This document shows, in pieces, positions 26,992 through 39,425 of a stretch of DNA of 64,000 bases. Position 1 is the stretch's first letter. Each line of letters starts with the position of its first letter. The notes beneath the pieces were generated by a model. That model was not told where the DNA came from, made no database searches, and was given only the letters and a program-made list of their open reading frames with translations. Origin of the DNA: Octopus sinensis (Eukaryota); contig NC_043004.1 in NCBI RefSeq assembly GCF_006345805.1, positions 39,556,001 through 39,620,000 of the forward strand. The letters are read 5' to 3'. Made by a program: the position numbers and the translations under genes.

Positions 26992-27320
26992 CGGCTCAGT
27001 GGTTACAGCGTCGGGCTCAGAATCATGAGGTACGGAGTTCGATTCCAGGACCTGGCAGTGTGTTGTGTTCTTGTGCAAGACACTTTATTTCACGTTGCTT
27101 AATTCACTCACCTGTAGAAATGAGTTGTGACGTCACTGGTGGCAAACTATATCGGTCACTGCCTTTCCCTTGAGTAACATCAGTGGCGTGGAGAGAGGAG
27201 GCTGGTATGCATAGTCCATAAGCAACCTTGTCAGGACTTGTTCCTCGGAGGGGAACTTCCTAGGTGCAATCCCATGGTCATTCATGACCGAAGGAGGTCT
27301 TTACCCATTACCCTTTACCG
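26992..27320 (+). mobile_element. tRNA-derived SINE, third family
   Basis: A box ggctcagtggtta, B box gagttcgattcc, CORE/V-like gtgttcttgtgcaagacacttta, tail (ttaccc)n. Confidence 0.75.
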
Positions 27321-27354
27321 CGCATGCAAAATAAAACTAAAACAGTAGAGAATA

Positions 27355-27730
27355 TTGGTCTCAAATTTCGGCACATGGCCAGCAGTTTTTGAAGGGAGAA
27401 GGAAGTCGATTATTTCGACCCCAGTATGTGACTGGTACTTATTTTAAAGATCCTGAAAGAACAAAAGGCGAAGTCGATATTGGTGGAATTTGAGCTCAGA
27501 ACCCAAAGACTGCTGAAATATTGATTTCAAATTTTGGGACAACGCCAAAAGGTTCCGGGGAGTGGGTAAGTCGATTACATCGAGTCCAGTGCTCAACGGG
27601 TACTCATTTTATCGAAAGAATAAAAGGCGAAGTCGACATCGGCGGAAATTGAGTTCAGAACGCAAAGAGGGGACGAAATGGCTACTAAACATTTTCCCCG
27701 GCGTGCTAAACGGTTCTGCTAGCACGCCGA
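27355..27730 (-). mobile_element. Two diverged SINE family B copies
   Basis: gtcgatta..cga.ccagt..ggtact..aaaggcgaagtcga..ggaa..gag.tcagaa occurs twice. Confidence 0.7.
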
Positions 27731-27789
27731 CTTGACTATAGAGAATAGAATTATGGATATCCGATTGAGCTTTATCAAATATGTGGTGA

Positions 27790-28085
27790 TGCAATGGCCC
27801 AGTGGTTAGGGCAGCGGACTCGCGGTCGGACGATCACGGTTTCGATTCTCAGACCGGGCGATGTGTGTGTTTATTGAGCGAAAACACCTAAATAGCTCCA
27901 CGATGCTCCGGCAGGGGGTGGTGGCAACCCCTGTCGTACTCTTTCGCCGCAACTTTCCCTCACTCTTCCTGTTGCTTGAGTAACGCTGCGATGGACTGGC
28001 GTCCCGTCCAGCTGGGGGAAACACATACGTCATAGAAACCGGGCCCATGATCCTAGCTAGGCTTGAAAAGGGCGACGTTTATCGT
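27790..28085 (+). mobile_element. tRNA-derived SINE, fourth family
   Basis: A box tggcccagtgg, B box gtttcgattct; head shared with 51876-52181; 3' part has the V-SINE-like motif ctgcgatggactggcgtcccgtccag. Confidence 0.75.
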
Positions 28086-28309
28086 TTTTATCAAATATAA
28101 CATAACTCATAACAACGTACAAAGAAAAGTCATTCTACTACACTATAATAATAAAAAAAAATTAAAAGAACAATTAGCGCAGCATGCAACCACGTAATTA
28201 CAGGTTCAGTCTCACTGTGTGACACCTTGGACATGTGTCTTCTGCTATTGTTTCTGGACCGACCAATGCTTCGTGGGTGAATTTGATAGACCGAAACTGT
28301 AGAAACGTG

Positions 28310-28340
<31 letters not shown>

Positions 28341-29352
28341 GTATGTATGTATGTATGTATGTATGTATGTATGTATGTATGATTCTATCTATCTATCTAT
28401 GTGTGTGTATCTATGCATGTATTTATTTATGTATGAATGCATATATGTATGTATGTATGTATGTATGCTCGCGCGTATGTGGCGATTCTCCACTCACTGT
28501 TTAAAAAACGGTGTCAGTTTGTTAATCTCGAAACTTTGTGGTTCATCAAAAAGAACGACTGTGTAGGTGTCTGTTTACCAAACTTACAATAAGTAGGGTC
28601 ACTACGATCGACCAACCTTCCAAATCGGAGCTCTAGCATAGTCGTAGTCCAATGCCTGATACAAGTAAACCAGTAATTGAATACTTATACTTATAACCCC
28701 GTTTCATCTATTAATATTTTGCCAAATATGTACAACAAAATAAGTATAGTTGACTGAGGCGATATCCAAATACAACTGGCATATTTATTTTACCGATATC
28801 AAACGAATTAAAGGTAAAGTTGATCCCGAAGGATCAGAACTCAGCAACAAAACTTCATGCTAAAATGCTATTTAGCCTGATGTTCTGTTATTTCTGCAAT
28901 TCAACCGGCTCGTACTCGTGTCTAACATTGGCACAAGGCCAAAGATTTGAGAGGAGGTATATAGCCTGTTAAGTCGATCCCGAAACTTCACCTGTACTAC
29001 ATTTTGGCACCCCTTGTTGGGGGTGAATTCAGGTGATCTGGTGGTGTTCTAACTCACAATATGCGAGTGAAATATGAAGTTGGAAATGAGTGAGTGAAGG
29101 CATATTTGAGTGGTTAAGATTGCTCCGTAAATGCAGTATATATACACACACTATACACGCACATACATACATATATACATACATACACACACACATACAT
29201 ACATATGTGTATATATATATATACGACGGGCTTCTTTCAGTTTCTGTCTACCAAATTCTTTCACGCGGCATTGATCGGCCCGAGGCTTTAGTAGAAGGCA
29301 TTTGTCTGTGGTTGGGAAGCAAACTTCTTACCATACAGCTACGCCTATGTAT

Positions 29353-29422
<70 letters not shown>

Positions 29423-29576
29423 GTTAATCCAAACAAGAAAGCACAAAAAAACACAACAACGCGAGGACGTGGAACAAATATGGTATTATTGGACGCTAAG
29501 GAAAGAAGGAGGGTTTAATGTTTCGAGCGGAGCTCTTCGTCGGAAACATAGGAGAAGGAAAGATCCAGAAAAGGGA
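29423..29576 (-). mobile_element. Short element with minimal hammerhead-like motif (29513-29547)
   Basis: Minus strand: gttt | ccgacga | a | gagc tcc gctc | gaaa | ca | tt | aaac; inserted beside (TA)n; homologous to 53066-53250. Confidence 0.65.
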
Positions 29577-30192
29577 TGTGTGTTTGTGTGTGTATGAATA
29601 CACACACACACAAACACACACAGGGTGGCAATAACGTCACTATAGAGTTACTTATAATAAAAAAGCAAAACAGAATCAGAAGAGAATCAAAGCAATACAC
29701 TCGACACAGAAACAGGTTCACGACTGTAACTTATAAATCATCAAAGCTGGTTTATGATTCTAGCTTATCGGAAGTTAATCTGACCAATGAGAGAAGTTTA
29801 CGTAATCTAATATCTAACTTAATGCGTTATACTTGCCGGCTTGTTCTCGAGTGTCATTTTGACACCTACTCTACTCGATAAGATAGTGTGGTCTGACGAA
29901 GTACAATAGAAACTATCTGGAAGTGTAAACAAGCACATTTGCACTCACTGGGCTTCAGAGAATCCTAATCTAACCATCGAAAATCAGTTGAACCAACCAG
30001 GAGTAACTGATTGGACTGGCGTATCAAGTTCTGGACATATCTTTGATGAAACAGTTACCGCAACTAACTACTTATAAACATTAAAAACCGCCGTAGTTCT
30101 TGTTTTATAACAATAAAATGATTTCCATGAGCTTTAATTGCTTTGTCTTAAATGTTATTGTAAATAACTGTATAGTGACCTTATTGCAACCC

Positions 30193-30251
<59 letters not shown>

Positions 30252-31294
30252 GGGGACGATGAATCTGTAGAAAAAGCTACAAATAATATCGTATAAATAT
30301 GTTTAAAAAGCCTTGGGCAGTAAAAGACGAAATCTGCCCGTGGGACCCGAATCCACATCTTTAAACAACGACGGGCGTTCTACCATTGGATTACAGCAAT
30401 ACTTTGAATTTCTCTGCCCATTTTGAAACTCTAGCACTATACTTTTGATATCAGCGAGAATTGTATACTATTGATATCGCAGGCATTTGGAAACTTCGCG
30501 AACGTGAAATAATTGTTTTATGGAATGATAAATCTCCAAGCAATTAAAGCTACAAAATAACAGTCTGTGAATTTTAGGTCAAAAACGATTTGGATAGAAA
30601 AAGTCAAAGGCTGCTTGTGGAACACAACAATATCCAATTTTCGCTAATATGAATAAAGTTTCTAAAAGAGAAAGAAAAACTCGAAGGATTCATTTGGTCC
30701 AGTTGTAGAACAACTGTCAGGTTTACAGATGTAGTTTCAAGCCCCAAGAGCTCCAAGAGTCAAATTTTTTGTCTAATATAGAACAATGTCGATGGGAAAA
30801 TACTGAATAACATAAATGAGAAGGACATTTTACCGATGATGATATATATACAGCTATGAAGGGATTTATGCTCGGAGGGGAAAATTATTGAACTCAATCT
30901 TTTCAACAAGAATTTCCTCAATTACAACAAGAACGATTATTTAAAAACTAAAACGCAATATTCAAGGTTAGCATTGCAATCTCACAGTTAATCAACTCTG
31001 AGCAAATCTTAATATGGCGTTCCGAAAGTCGGCATAAAATATTATGTTTCACAGTGAGCATCTTAAACATTGTAATATATATATATATATATATATAAAG
31101 ATATTCATATCCCATACGTTTTTCAAACATTCTTGTTTCTTATATTCAGGAAGTTGTTAATGTATTTTGCTCTGAAGCGGTAAAGCATGATTGCATTCAC
31201 TGTAGATAAATAAAACAGGACTCTATACCGGTAGCACTACAAGATTCTTACGAGTAACGCAAACGGCAGTCCTACAATGTCATATGTATACGTT

Positions 31295-31372
<78 letters not shown>

Positions 31373-31545
31373 AACGTTCGATTTATATATATATATATAT
31401 ATTCTGTTCCATTAATCGGATTAACTGAAACCCTCGTTGTCGTAAGCGACAGAGAGCCAGTTATATATCTCTCTATATATATATACATATATACATACAT
31501 ATATGTATGTATGTATGTATGTATAAGTGTGTACACACATACATA

Positions 31546-31653
<108 letters not shown>

Positions 31654-32361
31654 TATTATATATATATATATACGTGTGTGCGTGTGTGTGTACACACTTA
31701 TATAAAGCCAAAAACCAAACAATGTCTCCGTTATATTATGCGTGCCAGACAGAATGGTCAATTAGGTTTGTATAAATGCCGAATGTGTGCAGAAGGAAGA
31801 ATATTTCAAAAGTTACTTGAAACGCCAACAAGAAGGAACACACACACACACACACACACACTGACTTTCTCTCGCTCACTCATATACAGTATAAGAGCTA
31901 AAATTGCTTGTGAAAAACCAACAAAAGGAAAATATATCAAACAGATACCGATAATAGATGCACACTTCAAAGAAATGTTAAAGCAATGATGTTTATTGAC
32001 ACAGCAAAACGGTGGGACGTGATCGAACCGATAAAATTGTTCAGTCATACTCTTTTGAGTGTCCAAGTCGTTTCAGCCAGAATACCATTAATGATGTATG
32101 GTAAATACGTGCGAGACAGGCTGGAAAGACGAAACTAAGGAAGGAAAGAATGAAAGAAGGGCGTCTATTTAATTCGGTTCTGTATTCATTGTTTAATCTA
32201 ATTACTGCCTATATTGCTGTTTGTGAAAGAAATGCTTAGTTATATAAATTGTATAAATGCAATTTAAAAAGACCGTTTACTTATATACATACCAAGTGAA
32301 GGGCAATCTATGTGTACAGATAGATAGATAGATAAATAGATAGATGGATAGATAGATAGAT

Positions 32362-32570
32362 ATGTTTCTTTATTAGCCACACAGAGGTGCACACAGACGG
32401 GACAGATTACAAAGTAGAGCTTTTCTTTTTTTGGAGAAAAAAAAAGTGGGGTAGGTTTTCGATCAAAAGGGATTGTAAGAAGGAAAAAAGAAAAAAAAGG
32501 AAAAGAAGCAAAAGAAAAGAAAAAAGGAGAAAAAAAGAAAGCAAAAAAGGTGGGGGGGGGAAAGATAGAT
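32362..32570 (-). mobile_element. Probable LINE 3' UTR/tail fragment
   Basis: Minus strand is pyrimidine-rich, then ctttgtaatctgtcccgtctgtgtgcacctctgtgtggctaataaagaaaca followed by (TCTA)n. Confidence 0.45.
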
Positions 32571-32649
32571 AGATATCAAGAATCTATCTTATGGTATTCA
32601 CTATAACTCTCTTCGTCTTTAAGACCTAATTTCATACCTCTATTTTGCC

Positions 32650-33470
32650 GTTCATTCTCCCAGTTTAATTGACTTCATATTAGGAGTTGACAATACTGGT
32701 AACAAAATGTACCTGATTTTGCCTTTCCAGTGCATAAAATCGGTGATGAAAAGACATCCTTTGCAGTTTGGATAGTGATCTTGCAAACGTAGCGGCTTAG
32801 TCCAATCTTCAGAAATAATGAGTACTTCCATGCGTGGCATTGCCGGTCATTTTCTACTTTGTTCAACAGCTGCAACGCAGCTATAAGTAAACCATGCCAG
32901 AGACTCCAGGCTGTGAGGTTTCGTTGTAGGAGAACGTGGACCAGAGGTGAAGCAGATGTGCTACCATGAATAATTGGCATAAAATAGGCGTAGCTCTGAC
33001 TCGTTGGCTGACTTGAAGTCATAGAATCCGTGAAACAATGGGAGATGTTTAGTAGTACGTGGATGTGTGTTGGAGAGTTGCGTGGAACCAGTGGTTGCAT
33101 GATCCTGCAGGTGAAGAACTAGTTACGGCCTGGTACGGGGAAAAGTTTGAGGTGAGAAAAGAAATAAAGAGTGTAGAGCGTCTCTCTGTCGATTAGAGAT
33201 GTAGAGAGTTGAGGGTTGCAAAAAAGGGTCCGCTTAAGCAGCTGCCGTGTCCGTATTGGACGAATGTTTGAGCCAGGAATTGCTGTGAGCATCGAAATGA
33301 CTATGAACAATAATCTCGGTAAGCACTGAAGTGAGATACAAAATTTCAAAACAGGGGGAGGAGGTATGATCGAAGAGTTGCTGGTGGTTCGAGAATTTCA
33401 AAGAGCGATGGAGGGAGAAGATATACTTGGGATGTGAAAGTAGACTTTGAACGAGACACAATAAATGAGA
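32650..33470 (-). pseudogene. Decayed LINE ORF2, apurinic endonuclease region (CR1/Jockey-like)
   Basis: ORF 33234-33461 KYIFSLHRS...LFDH...EIIVHSHFDAHSNSWLKHSSNTDTA resembles APE .YRSP...I.GDFN.H...W...S..TD; downstream frames give FYDFKSAN..LR.FY.NYSW and WF..SC, typical of the EN-RT linker; many stops. Confidence 0.6.
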
Positions 33471-34736
33471 TTCAGCGGGAGAATAACATGGTGTGCGGAG
33501 ACTGTCTACATATGCACAAACAGTAGCTTTTGTGTGTGTGTTTGTTTGTTTGTTTGTTTGTTTGTATGTATGTATGTATGTATGTATGTATGTATGTATG
33601 TATGTATGTATGTGTGTGTGTGTGTACGTATAGAGTCGTTAGAGTTCAATACTACCGAGGTTAGCATTGTCTTTCGCCCACTCGGAGTTGATACACAAAG
33701 TACTAGTCAAATATCAGAGTAGTTCTTCGCTAGTTCTGTCTTTCTTTCTCTTTCTCGTCTTGAAGAAATTGACGTTGATCAAACCCGGAGAGGAATGAGC
33801 TACGAGGTCTAAAAAAAAACCCATATGACACGAGGGTCTCCTAACGACACTGCGAAGGAGGTTAAGGGCTCATAGCACACACACACACACACACACACTC
33901 ATATATACGTGCTCAGAGTTTCTTTTGTATAAATTATATCATTTCCTTTACCATATTTACCGTGGGAGAGCTTTTTCCAATTATTTTCTTTTATAATTAT
34001 TTTCGCTTCTTTTGTCGTTATCTCCATAAAAACTGGCAAACAGCCCGCTGTTACGCTTTGGAATCTCTCTCTCTCTCTCTCTCTGTATATGTGGGTGGGT
34101 ACACACGCACATATGTTTCTAAAACACACACAATCACACACACACACACACACTCATATGATCCGTTAGCATCATTACTCGTACATTATTTCACTCAAGT
34201 GATCCGTGAGATTTCCGCATCACGTCGGTTATTATTCCACCAGTCTGGAATTATACTACAAGTTGCAAATACTTCCATTATATACACCGTTTGTTTCATA
34301 ATTAGTATTTCACCTAACCGTTCAAATACCGATTCCTATGTCTAACTAAAACGTTGAAGGGCGTTAATGCCATATAGCAACTACCGTAGGCTATAGCAGT
34401 AACTGTGGTTTACTGCGAGTAGAAATGGTTGCCTGGAGGTCGTTTATTAATACCACGTTGCACTTTACCATTAAACAGTTTACGTCTAGCATTCAGTTAG
34501 CTACATTATAGCCAATGCCTTCAACCCTTCAGCGGCATTTCGTCCGTTATAACGTTGTCAGTTCAAATTCTGCCGGCTTTAATCATTTGGGGATCGATAA
34601 AATAAGGAGCAGTGAGTACTGGCGGTGGGGGGGGGTCAGTGTAATTAACTTACCGCTTCCCCCAAAATTGCTGAACTTCAGCCAAAATTTGAAATAGTTA
34701 TTATATCAAGGGCGGCAACTTGATACAATCGTTAAA

Positions 34737-35293
34737 TCTCGATATCTATAAACGGCAAAATATGTGTGTATCTGTGTGTCCTTTATACAAATCCAGTTTT
34801 TCACGTAAAAGTCTCGCATTTTCTATGGGCTTTCAAAACTGTCTGAGAGTGGTCGTGAAGATCTTTTCATTTCCCCAGTCACCCCAGAAAGCCATTAAAA
34901 ATCGATAAACCAACCCCTTATGACCATAAGTTATGGGCATATCCATTCAAAATCGCTAAAACATAGAAATTTGTAGGCGATGCGTGCGTACAGCTCGATA
35001 CGCCAATAGACTGCCAGCTGCTTTTTGATTGGACGGAGATAATTTTACCCTTGACAGTTGAACGCGCGTGCGCGTTTGCAGACAGTCTGTATGACTCGGC
35101 GCATTTTTGTGTTTTGCGAAAACGCGTTATCATGTGTTTTGGCTTTCAAACGTGCACGCTTTTTTTTATTTGAGAAATGCAGGGAATAATTAACGAGTTA
35201 GACCAAGTGAATGACAAGAGAGCGGGATTCTCATGAAAGACCAAAATATGCGTGACTAGCACTAGACCCGGCAACGCCGGGTCATAGCGCTAG
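34737..35293 (+). mobile_element. Non-autonomous Helitron nested in a SINE B head
   Basis: A|TC start (34737 or 34745), hairpin gacccggcaacgccgggtc at 35265-35283, CTAG|T end; SINE-like ggcggc..aatcgtta on the left resumes as ..gcttgcggtatttc on the right. Confidence 0.85.
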
Positions 35294-35674
35294 TCGTGGG
35301 AAAATTGCTTGCGGTATTTCATCCGACGTTTCACTCTTTGAGCGTCGGTAAAATAAAGTTCCAGTCAAATATTAGAATCGAGATTATCGATTAAACTCTT
35401 CAAAATTGTTGGCCTTGCATCTAAACCAGAAATCGTTATAAAGTAGCGAGCTGGCAAAACGTTTAATGAACTGGAGAAAATGCCTTATGGTAATACTTCT
35501 GATTGTATGTTTTCTGAGTTCAAAACCTGCCGGGGTCAACTTTGCATTTCATTATTTTAGTGTCAATAAAATAAAGTAGTAGTCAAATCCTGGAGTTGAT
35601 AGTATCAATTTATCCTCCTTCAAAATTGCTGGCCTTGTGCTAAAATCGGAAGTTATTATTAGATACTAATAGGG

Positions 35675-36220
35675 CTGTGGTCTGGCAGAAACGTTAGCAC
35701 GCCGGGCGAATTGCTTAGCGGTATTTCCTCTGCTGCTACGTTCTGAGTTCGAATTTCGCCAAGGTCGACTTTGCCTTTCATCCTTTCGGGGTTGATTAAA
35801 TAAGTACCAGTTACGCACTGAGGTCGATATAATCGACTTAATCCGTTTGTCTCTCCTTGTTTGTCCTCTCTGTGTTTAGCCCTTTGTGGGTAGTAAAGAA
35901 GTAGGTATTTCGTCTGCCGTACATTCTGAGTTCAAATTCCGTCAAGGTCGACTTTGCCTTTCATCCTTTCGGGGTCGATTAAATAAGTACCAGTTACGCA
36001 CTGGGGTCGATATAATCGACTTAAACCGTTTGTCTCTCCTTGTTTGTCCTCTCTGTGTTTAGCCCCTTGTGGGTAGTGAAGAAATAGGTATTTCGCCCGT
36101 CGCTACCTTCTGAGTTCAAATTCCGCCGAGGTGATTTTTCCTTTCATCCTTTCGGGGTCGATAAGATAAGCACCAGATATAATCGACTCATCCTCATCAC
36201 TACCAAGCTGCCTTTGTGGC
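35675..36220 (+). mobile_element. SINE family B partial tandem trimer
   Basis: One head, then three bodies at ~184-bp period joined by aagaaRta|ggtatttcg. Confidence 0.88.
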
Positions 36221-36299
36221 AAAAATTTGAAATAATTATAAGATACTAATTCCTAACATATTCCTATGCACAAGTCCTATTATTTCAGTGAAGCTTATA

Positions 36300-36532
36300 T
36301 ATTTCTTTATTGCCCACAAGGGGCTAAACATAGAGGGGACAAACAAGGACAGACAAAGGGATTAAGTCGATTACACCGACCCCAGTGCGAAACTGGTACT
36401 TTATTTATCGACACCGAAAGGATGAAAGGCAAAGTCGACCACGGCGGAATTTGAACTCAGAACGTAACGGCAGATGAAATACGGCTACGCATTTCGTCCG
36501 GCGTGCTAACGTTTCTGCCAGCTCGCCGCCTT
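36300..36532 (-). mobile_element. SINE family B flanked by a 79-bp direct repeat
   Basis: Full copy; flanks 36221-36299 and 36533-36611 are near-identical. Confidence 0.9.
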
Positions 36533-36789
36533 AAAAATTTGAAATAATTATAAGATACTAATTCCTAACATATGCAAATGCACAAGTCCTATTATTTCAG
36601 TGAAGTTTATAGTCAACGGGATCTTTCTTAATAACCAGCAAATACTTCGTTTTATTGATTCCAGATAGGTGAATGGTAATGACAGTTCAAGTGGAATTTG
36701 GACTCAGAACGTCAAAGTACGGTAGTGTAATGGACAATATTCTGCAAGACGTTTTATCCGTAACTCAAAACGATTATATACTAACATCC

Positions 36790-36988
36790 AGTGTTTGGAC
36801 TGCGGCCATGGTGCAGCACCACATTGAAGGGTTTTAATCAAATAAGTCACCTCCAGAACTTCTTTTTTCTTAAAAGTCCGGTACTTATCCTGTTGGTTTC
36901 TTTTGCCGAACCGCTAAGTTACGGGTACGCAAGGACACCAAAACCGGTTGTCAAGGTGTAGCGGGTAGGTAACAAACACAACCACACA

Positions 36989-37032
<44 letters not shown>

Positions 37033-37036
37033 ATAT

Positions 37037-37067
<31 letters not shown>

Positions 37068-37240
37068 ATATATACACTCATAACGGTTTGTACTCCGTTT
37101 CCGAATTACAAATTCATTCACAAGGCATTGCTCGGTGAAGCTGCAGTAGAAGGTGTATTTACACAGGAACCGTGCAGTGGGACCGAACCCAAAAGCACAT
37201 TGCTGCAAAGCCGATTTCTTAACCTCACAGCTATACCTGT
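36790..37240 (-). mobile_element. SINE family A, diverged
   Basis: ggactgcggccatgg..ttttgccgaaccgctaagttacg..caaattcattcacaaggc..gcagtgggaccgaaccc. Confidence 0.75.
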
Positions 37241-38187
37241 GCACAAGAATTTCACATAAAAAATTCTGTCTTATTTTTTAAATGTTTTAATTTTTTTTTT
37301 ATGCAGCTAAATCTGTTTTGAAATTTTCTGACATGATAAACATATTTTTCAAAATCCGAAATAGGCAAGGAAATATATCTAGATGGAATTCGAAACCGTG
37401 CTTCAATTTAGTAAATGCGGAAAGCATTTTGCTGCTGCAATATATATATATATTATGAAGGCAGTCATCTGTTCGCTAAATATGAAAGATTTTATTTTCA
37501 CTGCTTGCACCAAGGTGTTTGATTTTAATAAACCTTCTCTTGCCGAGGGCATTCTCCCGTAGGTTAGCCTGACACCAGCTGATGCTGCATCAGTGACACA
37601 TTTTGTAATATAACAAGCAACGAATGATATTTGCAATTCTAGCCGCCCATAACAGTTATGAAGCTTCAACAGTGCATTAATAAACAAGCTTAATGATAAC
37701 CGTATATTTATCCGTTTAATTCTTCATATTTATTCTTATATATAAAGTATTTAGTTTTAGAGTAGGAAAAAAAAGTTCTTGCCGATCCCAATTTTGTGTA
37801 CCGGTTTCAGATCATTCGTCTTACCTGTTTCGTTTCACTTCTATCGGTAATGTCCTCGTAGAAGCCGCAAACACCGTATGATCTTTTCTTCCTATAGCAG
37901 CCCCAGGCCGACCCGATTTCTGGGACCATTTCGTCATTTTATTTACTTACTCTCGACAAAATGTACCTCGTGCTACATTATCCAATGCGTCCTTCCTTTT
38001 TCTTTTTTTTCTGTTTTCTTTTTTAATCGATACGATTAGACTTTAGAGAGATTTCGCCGCTCTTTGTAGTTGATCCAGTGATCATCTAGAGGCTTCTTTG
38101 TTAGTTTGGAATGTCCTTGTGTATTGCACATATAAGAACAACAGCAACAGTAACATGTATTTTTATTTATCTCTTGTCACACATACC

Positions 38188-38603
38188 TATTTCTTTGTTA
38201 CTCACAAGGGGCTAAACACAGAGGGGACAAACAAAGACAGACAAACGGATTAAGTCGATTATATCGACCCCAGTGCGTAACTGGTACTTATTTAATCGAG
38301 CCCAAAAGGATGAAAGGCAAAGTCGACCTCGGCGGAATTTGAACTCAGAACGTAGAGGCAGACGAAATACCTATTTCTTTATTACCCACAAGGGGCTAAA
38401 CATAGAGGGGACAAACAAGGACAGACAAACGGATTAAGTCGATTATATCGACCCCAGTGCGTAACTGGTACTTATTTAATCGAGCCCAAAAGGATGAAAG
38501 GCAAAGTCGACCTCGGTGGAATTTGAACTCAGAACGTAGAGGCAGACGAAATACCACTAGGCATTTCGTCCGGAGTGCTAACGTTTCTGCCAGCTCGCCG
38601 CCT
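38188..38603 (-). mobile_element. SINE family B partial tandem dimer with 18-bp TSD
   Basis: TSD tctcttgtcacacatacc on both sides; internal junction the same as in 35675-36220. Confidence 0.92.
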
Positions 38604-38924
38604 TCTCTTGTCACACATACCAACGTATCAAATATGCAATTCGTTGCAAATTTCTTGCTGTGTGAATGCGTATAAGTGTATGTAAATATATATATATGGG
38701 CAGATATATGTGTACAGGAATTGAGAAGTTATTGAGACAATTTAGGAGTGTTTATAACGCTTATAAATGTCTTTTTTCATTGGTGCAAGTGATGTATTTA
38801 ATTTCTCGTTGTCATTTGCTAATTTATCACCCATTCTAAGACATTCACCATACGCATAAAGTAATAAACAGACATTGAGGTTTAGGAATAAGAATACTAT
38901 CAAATTTTTCTTCACCTTAATCAT

Positions 38925-39144
38925 TTTCGGCTGTGCTTTTTAAGGAGTTTGCTTCCCACACATGTGATCTTAGGTTCAGTCCCGCTGCGCGGCAGATTAG
39001 TAAGTGCCTTCTGCTATAGTTCAATGCCGACCAAAGCTTTTTGAGTGAATTTGGTAGACGGAAACTGAAAGAAGTCCGTTATGTAAACACACACGCACAT
39101 ACGTACCCACATCCACACATATATACGTGTGTACATACATACAC

Positions 39145-39202
<58 letters not shown>

Positions 39203-39425
39203 GCATATTTATATATCTGTGTGCATTTTATGTATGTATTTGTCCACCACTACCCCTTGACACTCGCTGTTGGTTGTTTACACCCCGTAATTTAGCAGTC
39301 CGCAAAAACACGGATAGTATAAGTACCAGGCTTTAAAAAAACAGGTACTCGGGGCGATTGTCACCACTAAACCCTTCAGGGATGTGCTCTCAGCATCGTT
39401 GCAATCTAATGATTGAAAGAAGTAA
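38925..39425 (+). mobile_element. SINE family A, diverged, with internal (GATA)n
   Basis: ggttcagtccc..gagtgaatttggtagacggaaactgaaagaag..taagtaccaggctt. Confidence 0.75.

Noticed and set aside
30330-30396. tRNA-like head on the minus strand with short inverted flanks (30139/30541)
   Set aside because: Too degenerate to define an element
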